Source of the DNA: a virus
IMG/VR virus record: IMGVR_UViG_3300046804_003518
Span: 64,001-128,000 of that record
Strand: one strand, 5' to 3'
DNA: 64,000 bases
The number at the start of each line of letters is the position of its first letter. Within the stretch, counting starts at the first letter, position 1. The notes beneath the pieces are model-generated. The model ran no database searches. It was given only the letters and a program-made list of their open reading frames with translations, and was not told the DNA's origin. Below, piece after piece: positions 39,535 through 47,874 of this stretch. Made by a program: the position numbers and the translations under genes.

Positions 39535-40713
39535 ATGCGTAAAGCAATTCAATCATTAGTTATTTTAGGATCATTGCTAGGTAGCGTTGCATACGGACAA
39601 AGTGCAGCTGATGTTCAAGCATCGGTTGATAATTTGTCAGATGTATTTGCTAAGGATGTAGCATCACGCTGGAAGTGGAAAGGTGACTTTCGTGTAAGAA
39701 ACGAAAACATCGATCAGGAACTTGCAGTTGAGCGCAACCGTACTAGAATGCGTGTTCGTCTTGGATTTGAAGCAGAAGTAAATCCAACTGTTAAGGCAGG
39801 CTTTCAGTTTGCTACAACAGAAAATGGAGATGCTCGTTCAACAAACCAGACCTTCAGTGATGTTAATTCTAAGAAAGCACTTGATCTTGATTTAGCATAT
39901 GTTGAGTGGGCACCAAACGCAACAACCAAGCTTACGCTTGGTAAGATGAAGCAACCTCTTGTCACAACGACATCTTACTTTGTCGATAAGGACATTAATC
40001 CAGAGGGTGCTACTCTTGCGTTTAATCACGCTCCAACTGGCGTATTTGTAAATGCTGCTTTGTTTGATCTAGTTGAGCGTAGCTCAGCTGGTGATTCAAC
40101 AGCACTAGCATGGCAAGTTGGCTTGCGTGGTAAATTGAATGATGACACAGGATATGTTCTAGCTGCTGGTGAAATGAATCACCACAATGTTCAGAACCTA
40201 GCTGTAATTCAATCAGGCGCTGCAGGTAGTTTCTTTGGTAACACAACTAAGACAACTGGTTGTGTAGCTGGAGTTACAACTTGTCTTGCAAATGAGTTTG
40301 AGGTCCGTAATGCTCTAGCTGAAGTAACAACAGTGGTCGCTGGCTATCCAGTAGTTGCTTTTGTTGATTGGGCAGAGAACACTAAGGCTGTAAAACTCAA
40401 CAAGGCTCTTGCATACGGAGTCACCCTTGGAAAAGCATCACTTCCAAATTCTTGGGAAGCTGGTGTTGTAATCCAAAGCGTTGAGAAGGACGCTCTATTT
40501 GGTCAGTGGATTGATTCTGACTATGCTGCTGGTAATACAGATGGTGATGGATATACACTTCGCGGTGCATATCAATTAGCCAAGAACTGGAAACTAAATG
40601 TTGCTTATCATATCAATAAGACAAACAATGATGTTCCAGTAGTTATTAGTGGACGTAATATTATTGATCGAGACTATAAGCGTCTACAACTTGACCTAAA
40701 CTATTCATTCTAA
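39535..40713 (+). CDS. Outer-membrane beta-barrel porin (putative-porin family often found beside pstS)
   Basis: Signal peptide; GDFRVR.E, R.RVRLG, STNQT, LDLAY; alternating strands; C-terminal Phe (NYSF). Confidence 0.8.
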   Translation: MRKAIQSLVILGSLLGSVAYGQSAADVQASVDNLSDVFAKDVASRWKWKGDFRVRNENIDQELAVERNRTRMRVRLGFEAEVNPTVKAGFQFATTENGDARSTNQTFSDVNSKKALDLDLAYVEWAPNATTKLTLGKMKQPLVTTTSYFVDKDINPEGATLAFNHAPTGVFVNAALFDLVERSSAGDSTALAWQVGLRGKLNDDTGYVLAAGEMNHHNVQNLAVIQSGAAGSFFGNTTKTTGCVAGVTTCLANEFEVRNALAEVTTVVAGYPVVAFVDWAENTKAVKLNKALAYGVTLGKASLPNSWEAGVVIQSVEKDALFGQWIDSDYAAGNTDGDGYTLRGAYQLAKNWKLNVAYHINKTNNDVPVVISGRNIIDRDYKRLQLDLNYSF

Positions 40714-40739
40714 TTGAACAAATTAGATTGTGTTGACTT

Positions 40740-40772
40740 GAAAGGGGGAGCGTTGACTCCCCCTTTCTTTTT
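40740..40772 (+). terminator. Rho-independent terminator
   Basis: GAAAGGGGGAG-6nt-CTCCCCCTTTC-TTTTT. Confidence 0.85.
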
Positions 40773-40794
40773 GTATATACTATCCCTCTTTGAG

Positions 40795-40819
40795 GAAGGG
40801 GACCTAGGTCCCCTTCTTT
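40795..40819 (+). terminator. Perfect 22-bp palindrome/second terminator
   Basis: GAAGGGGACCTAGGTCCCCTTC then TTT. Confidence 0.55.
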
Positions 40820-40881
40820 ATATTAATTTTTTATTAAAGTATCTGTTTCTGTGTTAAATAATAACATACACAGGAGACCAT

Positions 40882-41631
40882 ATGAAGTACAAATCTATCT
40901 TTATATCCGATGTACATTTAGGTTCTAAAGGATGTAAAGCTGATTTGCTTTGCGACTTTCTCAAGCACAATACTTGTGAGCAGCTGTATCTTGTCGGCGA
41001 CATCATTGATGGTTGGAGACTAAGTAGGAAGTTTTACTGGCCTCAGTCTCATACAAACGTAATTAGAAGAATCCTTACCGCGGCTAAACGAGATACAAAG
41101 GTAATCTATGTGGCTGGTAATCACGACGAGGCTCTTCGTGGTCTTCTGCCATATGATATTCACTTTGGCAATATAGATCTTGTTAACCAATGCCGCCACC
41201 AGGCAATCAATGGTAAGACCTATATGGTAATCCATGGTGATATGTTTGATACAGCTCTTCGGAACAAGTTGGCCTGGCTATATCATTTTGGTGACATACT
41301 ATATAATATTCTACTGAGCATAAACGTTGTTGTTGGTAAGGTAAGGCAACGCTTTGGTCTACCTTATTGGAGTCTAAGCGCTTATTTAAAAAATAAGACG
41401 AAAGAAGCTGTTGCCTATATGAGCGACTTTGAGGTTCTAATTACCGACTACTGCCACAAACAGAAAGCGCATGGAGTGATATGTGGCCATGTTCATAAGG
41501 CAGATATAAAGATGATTGGTGAGGTTGAATATATGAATGATGGTGACTGGGTAGAGAGCTGTACTGCCCTAGTTGAGAACTATGAGGGTAAATGGGAAAT
41601 ACTAACGTGGCAAGAATTAAAATCATCTTAA
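40882..41631 (+). CDS. plcP: PlcP-type metallophosphoesterase (phospholipase C; LpxH-like family)
   Basis: ISDVHLG, LVGDIIDGW, YWPQSH, GNHD, HGDMFD, CGHVH, NDGDWVESCT; adjacent GT4 gene. Confidence 0.8.
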   Translation: MKYKSIFISDVHLGSKGCKADLLCDFLKHNTCEQLYLVGDIIDGWRLSRKFYWPQSHTNVIRRILTAAKRDTKVIYVAGNHDEALRGLLPYDIHFGNIDLVNQCRHQAINGKTYMVIHGDMFDTALRNKLAWLYHFGDILYNILLSINVVVGKVRQRFGLPYWSLSAYLKNKTKEAVAYMSDFEVLITDYCHKQKAHGVICGHVHKADIKMIGEVEYMNDGDWVESCTALVENYEGKWEILTWQELKSS

Positions 41632-42635
41632 TCACCGACGCCTGGGAACCCCAGGTTAATGGTGTCGTGACAACATATAAAAATTTAATTAACTACCTAC
41701 CTGACAACGTCTCCGTAGACATAGTTCACCCAGCTTTGTTTGATTATTTTCCCTTCACACTATACAAAGGAATCAACATACCATTGTGTTCATTCAATAT
41801 GATGTATAACTTGATTGAAAGAAGAACAATGCACTACCAAATCCAAGGGTATAGTGTATCATACCATATAGCAACAGAAGGTGTTCTTGGCTATAAGGCC
41901 AAACGCGCTCTTGATGTAATGAAGAAACCATATACTACTGCCTACCACACAAAGTTTCCCGAGTTTCTGAAGTTAATGTTTGGTATTCCAGTTTTATTTA
42001 CATCGTGGTACTTCAACTGGTTCCATAAAAAGTCAAAGGCTGTCATGTGTTCCTCACAGTCTGATTCAATGACTCATTCAGATTGGCAGACAGTTGTTCT
42101 TGGTAAGGGTTATGCCAGCCATTTCTCGTTCAAGGACCATCGTCACAAACATGATATAAATTTACTATACGTTGGTAGAGTTAGTCACGAAAAGAATATA
42201 GAGGATTTTTGTAAACTTGACCTTGATGGTTGGACAGACTGTAACGCAAAGGTATATAAAATTATTGTTGGTGATGGTCCTGCAAGAAAATCATTAGAGA
42301 AAAAATATCCTGGAATTAGGTTTGTTGGATATAAATTTGGGAAAGACCTTGCTTCCTATTACCAGAATGCTGATGTATGTGTGTTCCCAAGCAAAGTTGA
42401 TACATTTGGAATCACGATACTTGAGTCAATGGCTTGTGGAACACCAGTTGCTGGTTATCCTGTGACCGGTCCAATTGACCAAATCATTAACGGTGTCAAT
42501 GGTTATGTTGATCAAGATCTTGAGTCGGCCGTTGGTCGCTGTCTACTTCTGGAACGAGATCTTGTAGCAAATTCAGTTAGGCATATATCGTGGAAGCAAT
42601 CAGCCCAACAGTTTGTTGACTTTATAGCTGGTTGA
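41592..42635 (+). CDS. GT4 glycosyltransferase, Agt-like glycolipid synthase (start may be GTG 41607)
   Basis: ITDAWEPQVNGVV, HIATEG.LG, YHT.FPE, YVGRVS.EKN, FPS..DTFG...LESMACGTPV. Confidence 0.85.
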   Translation: MGNTNVARIKIILITDAWEPQVNGVVTTYKNLINYLPDNVSVDIVHPALFDYFPFTLYKGINIPLCSFNMMYNLIERRTMHYQIQGYSVSYHIATEGVLGYKAKRALDVMKKPYTTAYHTKFPEFLKLMFGIPVLFTSWYFNWFHKKSKAVMCSSQSDSMTHSDWQTVVLGKGYASHFSFKDHRHKHDINLLYVGRVSHEKNIEDFCKLDLDGWTDCNAKVYKIIVGDGPARKSLEKKYPGIRFVGYKFGKDLASYYQNADVCVFPSKVDTFGITILESMACGTPVAGYPVTGPIDQIINGVNGYVDQDLESAVGRCLLLERDLVANSVRHISWKQSAQQFVDFIAG

Positions 42636-42660
42636 CTGTTACCATCGTTTAATGTATACT
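42632..42660 (+). promoter_or_regulatory. Sigma70-type promoter for the Tat-protein/gp43 operon
   Basis: TTGACT-N17-TATACT. Confidence 0.75.
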
Positions 42661-42687
42661 CCCTCCTATCGTAGGAGGGACGTTATC

Positions 42688-43023
42688 ATGTCAACAAGGC
42701 GTAATTTTTTTAAGTATCTTGGACTTGCTGGTGGTGTAGCAGTAGGTGGTCCTGTCGCCGCTGCAGCTATCATTCCTAAAGGTAAACCAAAGCACATTGA
42801 ACAACTTGATGGCGGATCGCACCTGCAATTGCGAGCAACATATGGCGAGAAGGTTGGCCTCGGCACAATAAACCCAACTAACAAACTAACGGTTTTTAGT
42901 CATCAGACGCAAGAGTTTGTTCCTGGAACTGTTGAGCAGGTTGATGTTTCGTTCAAGCCAGGTCCTGATGGTGAATTGTACTTGAAAGTTAATGGGAAAT
43001 GGCGTAAAGTAGTTACTGAATGA
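42688..43023 (+). CDS. Protein with a twin-arginine (Tat) signal peptide
   Basis: MSTRRNFFKYLGLAGGVAVGG...AAA; AGGAGG RBS. Confidence 0.7.
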   Translation: MSTRRNFFKYLGLAGGVAVGGPVAAAAIIPKGKPKHIEQLDGGSHLQLRATYGEKVGLGTINPTNKLTVFSHQTQEFVPGTVEQVDVSFKPGPDGELYLKVNGKWRKVVTE

Positions 43024-45566
43024 GCAAGTTCTATACAAATGTAAGTATCCGAGGGAATAAGATTCTCCTTCGTGGCTATGAGGATGGTCGTAGAGTTCAT
43101 ACTGACATCCCATACCAACCTTTTTGTTTCCAACGATCGAGCAATCCAAATGCTCCGTATAAGACTATCGATGGTTATCCAGCCGATAGAAAGGACTTCG
43201 AATCTATCAATGACATGATGGATTACATGAAGATGTATGAGGGTGTAGAAGGAATTAAACTCTACGGAATGACATCCAAGAGTTCTCTCATCTATCCATT
43301 CATCCACGAATACTATCCTGGTGAGATTCAATACGATGCCTCTTTGATGAACATCGTTCACCTTGATATCGAGGTCGCGGCTGATGAAGGATTCCCTAAC
43401 ATCGATGAAGCTGATAAGGCACTAACTGCTATCACTATTAAGGTTAAGGATAGGTACTACACTTTTGGTTGTGGTGACTATACACCTACAGCTGACAACA
43501 TCATGTACGCCAAGTGTAAGAACGAACGCGACTTGATTATGAAGTTCTTAACTCTTTGGGATTCTCCTCTTGTTGATCCAGACATCGTAACTGGCTGGAA
43601 CGTAGAGGGGTTCGATATTCCATATCTCGTCAATAGAATCGATAGAGTATTCAATGACGAAGGTAAGATGTCAAAGAAACTCTCACCTTGGAAGATTGTC
43701 GACGACAAGGAAATCATTATGAGAGGGTCTGGTAAGACTCTCAAGGCAAAGACGCTGAGAGGAATCTCAGTGCTTGACTATTTGCAGCTCTATAGAAAGT
43801 TTACATACTCTGATACAGAAAGCTATTCTCTTAACCATATTGCTCACCTCGAGCTTGGTGAGAAGAAGATTGACTACTCTGAGTATGAAAGTCTGTTTGA
43901 TCTTTATAAGCACGACTTCCAAAAGTTCATTGAGTATAATATCCACGACGTTACTCTCGTAAGCCAGCTTGATGATAAGATGAAGCTTATCGATCAGGTT
44001 CTTGCTATTGCATATGATGCGAAGGTTGACTATATCGATACTCTTCGTACAGTGCGCATGTGGGATATGATTATCCACAACTACCTAATCGATAACAATA
44101 TTGTTGTTCCTCTTTCGAAGAACGAAGAAGAACTTAAACTTGTTAGAGAAGAGAAGGATCAACCAATTAAGGGTGCTTATGTAAAAGATCCTAAACCTGG
44201 AATGTATAAGTACGTTGTCTCATTTGACTTGACATCTCTATATCCATCGCTGATCATGCAGTATAACATCTCGCCTGATACTAAGATGAATAAGGTTGAT
44301 CTTACGCCAGAAGATTGTTTGGACAATACTGGTTCGTTCCAGATGGCTAAGGACGATGCAAAGAGTCTCGACTATACACTTTGTGCTAATGGTACGATGT
44401 ATAGAAAAGATAAGCTCGGGTTCCTGCCAGCGCTGATGGAAAAGGTCTTCGCCGATAGAAAGAAGTATAAGAAGCTAATGCTTGAAGCAAAGCAGAAGTA
44501 TGAACTATCGAAAGATCCTGAAGATGAAAAGAAATACGTTCAGTATAACAATATGCAGATGGCAAAGAAGATTCAGCTGAATAGCTGTTACGGTGCTTTG
44601 TCTAATATCTACTTCAGATTCTTTGATACAGATCTAGCTGAAGCAATCACACTATCTGGCCAGGTATCGATTCGTTGGATGCAAGCGAAGATGAATGAGT
44701 TCTTGAATAAGACTCTCAAGACTGACAATGTCGATTATGTTATTGCTGTTGATACTGACTCTCTTTATATTACTCTTGATAAGTTTGTTGATAAGGTATA
44801 CAATGGCAAGGTACCAGAAAGAGATAAAGTCATTCGTATGCTAGATAAGGCTTGTGATGAAGTCTTCCAGCCATTCATCGAAAAGAGTTATGATGACCTA
44901 GCTAACCATATGTTGATCTATAGTCAGCGTATGCAGATGAAGCGAGAGTCAATTGCCGATAAAGGTATCTGGGTAGCGAAGAAGAGATACATCTTGAATG
45001 TCTTTAACGAAGAAGGTGTTCAGTATGAGAAGCCAAAGCTGAAGATGAAAGGCATTGAAGCTGTTAAGTCTTCAACTCCTGCCAAGATCAAGGAAGCAAT
45101 TAAGAAGTCGCTTGACATTATTATGAATGGCACAAAGGATGATTTTACTAAGTATGTGGAAGACTTCAAGCAAGAGTTTGATACTCTACCGTTTGAAGAT
45201 GTGGCATTCCCTAGAAGTTGTCAAGGCGTAACCAAACATAAGATTGGTGGTAAGGCAATTCCAATTCATGTGAGAGGCGCACTCATTTACAACCATTTCA
45301 TAAATAACTTAGGACTTGACAAAAAGCACAATAAGATTCAGGATGGAGATAAGATTAAGTTCTGCTACTTGAGAACACCTAATCCATTCTCGACGAATGT
45401 TATATCATCTCCAGGTGCCTTGCCAAAGCAATTCAATATCGATCGTTATATTGATCACGATACACAATTTGAAAAGTCTTTCATTGAGCCGATGAAGTCA
45501 ATCACGGACAACATTGGTTGGGATCTTGGACAAAAGCAATTAACTCTAGAAGACATGTTCGGGTAA
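43020..45566 (+). CDS. gp43: Family B DNA polymerase gp43
   Basis: Exo DIE, FDIPY, YNIHD; Pol FDLTSLYPS, K..LNS.YG, DTDS. Confidence 0.98.
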   Translation: MSKFYTNVSIRGNKILLRGYEDGRRVHTDIPYQPFCFQRSSNPNAPYKTIDGYPADRKDFESINDMMDYMKMYEGVEGIKLYGMTSKSSLIYPFIHEYYPGEIQYDASLMNIVHLDIEVAADEGFPNIDEADKALTAITIKVKDRYYTFGCGDYTPTADNIMYAKCKNERDLIMKFLTLWDSPLVDPDIVTGWNVEGFDIPYLVNRIDRVFNDEGKMSKKLSPWKIVDDKEIIMRGSGKTLKAKTLRGISVLDYLQLYRKFTYSDTESYSLNHIAHLELGEKKIDYSEYESLFDLYKHDFQKFIEYNIHDVTLVSQLDDKMKLIDQVLAIAYDAKVDYIDTLRTVRMWDMIIHNYLIDNNIVVPLSKNEEELKLVREEKDQPIKGAYVKDPKPGMYKYVVSFDLTSLYPSLIMQYNISPDTKMNKVDLTPEDCLDNTGSFQMAKDDAKSLDYTLCANGTMYRKDKLGFLPALMEKVFADRKKYKKLMLEAKQKYELSKDPEDEKKYVQYNNMQMAKKIQLNSCYGALSNIYFRFFDTDLAEAITLSGQVSIRWMQAKMNEFLNKTLKTDNVDYVIAVDTDSLYITLDKFVDKVYNGKVPERDKVIRMLDKACDEVFQPFIEKSYDDLANHMLIYSQRMQMKRESIADKGIWVAKKRYILNVFNEEGVQYEKPKLKMKGIEAVKSSTPAKIKEAIKKSLDIIMNGTKDDFTKYVEDFKQEFDTLPFEDVAFPRSCQGVTKHKIGGKAIPIHVRGALIYNHFINNLGLDKKHNKIQDGDKIKFCYLRTPNPFSTNVISSPGALPKQFNIDRYIDHDTQFEKSFIEPMKSITDNIGWDLGQKQLTLEDMFG

Positions 45567-45570
45567 CTAT

Positions 45571-45873
45571 ATGCAAAAAGGTTATAACTTCGATTTTGGT
45601 TTCAGCGCAGTTGATGAGGATGAGCTAAAGAAGCTCACTGGTGCTGAGCAAGAGACAGAGGAGCTTTCAAAGCTCCTAGATGAGCAGGCAACGAATGCTG
45701 AGCTCTATAAGGATACTGTTGTTCAGATCCAGGAGATGATAACTCCTCTTATCAACAACCTAATGTTGAACCCAAGTAAAAACTATATCTATTGGCCAAA
45801 TAGAGTTGATAAGATGAAAGTATTCAAGGCCGAGTTAGATAAGTTGTTTACTATAGCAAAAGATGCTTCTTGA
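45571..45873 (+). CDS. Hypothetical protein
   Basis: FDFGFSAVDE...YIYWPNR; operonic spacing. Confidence 0.7.
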   Translation: MQKGYNFDFGFSAVDEDELKKLTGAEQETEELSKLLDEQATNAELYKDTVVQIQEMITPLINNLMLNPSKNYIYWPNRVDKMKVFKAELDKLFTIAKDAS

Positions 45874-46696
45874 TTATCTAGTCCTAGCTGTAGCACTAAT
45901 CCTTTCTGGTGTTGCCGCCTACTACTCAGTAGTAGGTTTGGCAGCTATCTTTAGTGGTGCATTCCTTTCTGTAGTTCTTATGGGCTCAGCTCTTGAGCTT
46001 GGTAAGCTAGTTGCAGCAAGCTGGTTATACAGAAACTGGGAAGATGCCCCCAAACTAATTAAGTACTATTTGTCTGGTGCTGTTGTAATTCTGATGTTTA
46101 TTACATCGATGGGTATCTTTGGTTACCTATCGAAAGCTCACCTAGAGACCCAGGCTTTGATGACATCAGATGTCACAGCTGAGCTACAAACACTTAACGA
46201 TACAATCGAATCTAAAACAAACACAAAAGTTTTAGTTGAAAAGCAAATTCAAAACATTGATAATACTCTAGTTAAGTATATCGAGATGGGCTCCGTGACA
46301 AAGGGTCTACAAGAGAAGCGAAGACTGGATAGCGAACGTAAAGAACTAGAACAAGAACGAAAGGCAGTTGAGCAAGAGCTTGTTGAATTGAAGTCTAAGA
46401 GAAACAAACTCGATTCAGAAGTTAAAAAGATTGAAGTTGAAGTTGGGCCACTAAAGTACATTGCAGAGTTAGTTTATGGACAAGATGCTGAAAGTCATTT
46501 TGGTAGCGCTGTTCGTATGGTCATTATACTTCTTATTATGGTTTTTGACCCTCTTGCTGTAATCCTCCTAATTGCTGCCAACTCCAACTTTGTCAATAGG
46601 GACAAAAAGATACAACAAGAAAAACGTATTCAAGAGTTGAGAAAACTTGGAAAACGTGGTATAGTAGTGAATAAGAAAGAGATACTAAAGTTATAA
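45863..46696 (+). CDS. Membrane protein with a central coiled coil
   Basis: Three N-terminal TM segments, heptad region, C-terminal TM (FDPLAV). Confidence 0.75.
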   Translation: MLLDYLVLAVALILSGVAAYYSVVGLAAIFSGAFLSVVLMGSALELGKLVAASWLYRNWEDAPKLIKYYLSGAVVILMFITSMGIFGYLSKAHLETQALMTSDVTAELQTLNDTIESKTNTKVLVEKQIQNIDNTLVKYIEMGSVTKGLQEKRRLDSERKELEQERKAVEQELVELKSKRNKLDSEVKKIEVEVGPLKYIAELVYGQDAESHFGSAVRMVIILLIMVFDPLAVILLIAANSNFVNRDKKIQQEKRIQELRKLGKRGIVVNKKEILKL

Positions 46697-46709
46697 CATT
46701 GAGGTTATT

Positions 46710-47768
46710 ATGTCAAAGTTTTTTCGTAATCTAATTGAAGAGATCAAAGATGAAGACACATCTATCGCTGAGGACGGTGCTGGTAGTGCTGAGTTCACCG
46801 GGAGCATTGACAGTGGTTCTTACTCTCTTAACGCTGCTCTTAGTGGGTCAATTTTTGGCGGCGTTCCTAATAACAAGATAACTGCTTTTGCTGGTGAGAG
46901 TGCTACTGGTAAGACGTTCTTTGTTCTTGGTATTGTAAAGAGCTTCCTGGATAGCAATCCTGATGCTGGTGTTATCTATTATGACACTGAGGCTGCTGTT
47001 ACTCGTGATATGATGAAGTCTCGTGGTATTGATACTAAGCGAGTAATCATTGCCGAGCCTGATACTATTCAGAAGTTTAGAGAACATGCTCTGAAGTTTC
47101 TAGAAGCGTATGGTAAGACAGATGAGGGTGACCGTCCTCCTATGATGATGGTTCTAGACTCTCTTGGTATGCTTTCTACTTCTAAAGAAATGGCTGACTC
47201 GCTTGAAGGTAAGGATACTAGAGACATGACGAAGAGTCAGGTCATCAAGGCTGCCTTTAGAGTCCTTACATTGAAGTGTGCGAAGTATAAGGTACCAATG
47301 CTAGTTACTAACCATGTGTATGCTATGGTTGGGTCTTATGTTCCGATGAACGAGATCTCTGGTGGTACTGGATTGAAGTATGCTGCTTCAACCATTGCTA
47401 TGTTGTCGAAGAGAAAGGAAAAGGTCGACAACGAAGTAGTTGGTAACATCATTAAGGTCAAGATGTATAAGTCTAGACTCTCTAAGGAAAATGCTCAAGT
47501 AGAATGCTTGTTAACCTATGACAAGGGTCTTGATCGTTATTATGGTCTTTTAGACTTGGCAGAGAAGTACGGTATCTTTAAGAAAGTCTCTACTCGCTAT
47601 GAGATGCCAGATGGATCTAAGGTCTTTGGTAAAAACATTCTTGAGCAACCAGAGAAGTTTTATACTGAAGAAGTTCTAAAGGCAATTGATGAAGCTGCAA
47701 AGAAGGAGTTTAGTTATGGAGCATCCGGATCCGAAGAACCACTTGAGGTGGAGTCTGGCGAAGAGTAG
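46710..47768 (+). CDS. uvsX: RecA-like recombinase UvsX
   Basis: AGESATGKT, YDTE, LDSLG, DMTK, SGG.GLKYAAS. Confidence 0.95.
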   Translation: MSKFFRNLIEEIKDEDTSIAEDGAGSAEFTGSIDSGSYSLNAALSGSIFGGVPNNKITAFAGESATGKTFFVLGIVKSFLDSNPDAGVIYYDTEAAVTRDMMKSRGIDTKRVIIAEPDTIQKFREHALKFLEAYGKTDEGDRPPMMMVLDSLGMLSTSKEMADSLEGKDTRDMTKSQVIKAAFRVLTLKCAKYKVPMLVTNHVYAMVGSYVPMNEISGGTGLKYAASTIAMLSKRKEKVDNEVVGNIIKVKMYKSRLSKENAQVECLLTYDKGLDRYYGLLDLAEKYGIFKKVSTRYEMPDGSKVFGKNILEQPEKFYTEEVLKAIDEAAKKEFSYGASGSEEPLEVESGEE

Positions 47769-47874
47769 TCTTCGCATTCTAGCTGGCGCTGTCCTTGTAG
47801 GACAATATGTTGTGGTGGCTGGCTTGTTGTTGATTGTTGCTGAAATTTTGGGTATAGTAGAAGAAATTGTATGA
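47716..47874 (+). CDS. Small hydrophobic protein overlapping the 3' end of uvsX
   Basis: AAGGAG RBS before ATG 47716; SLAKSSLRI...AEILGIVEE. Confidence 0.6.
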   Translation: MEHPDPKNHLRWSLAKSSLRILAGAVLVGQYVVVAGLLLIVAEILGIVEEIV

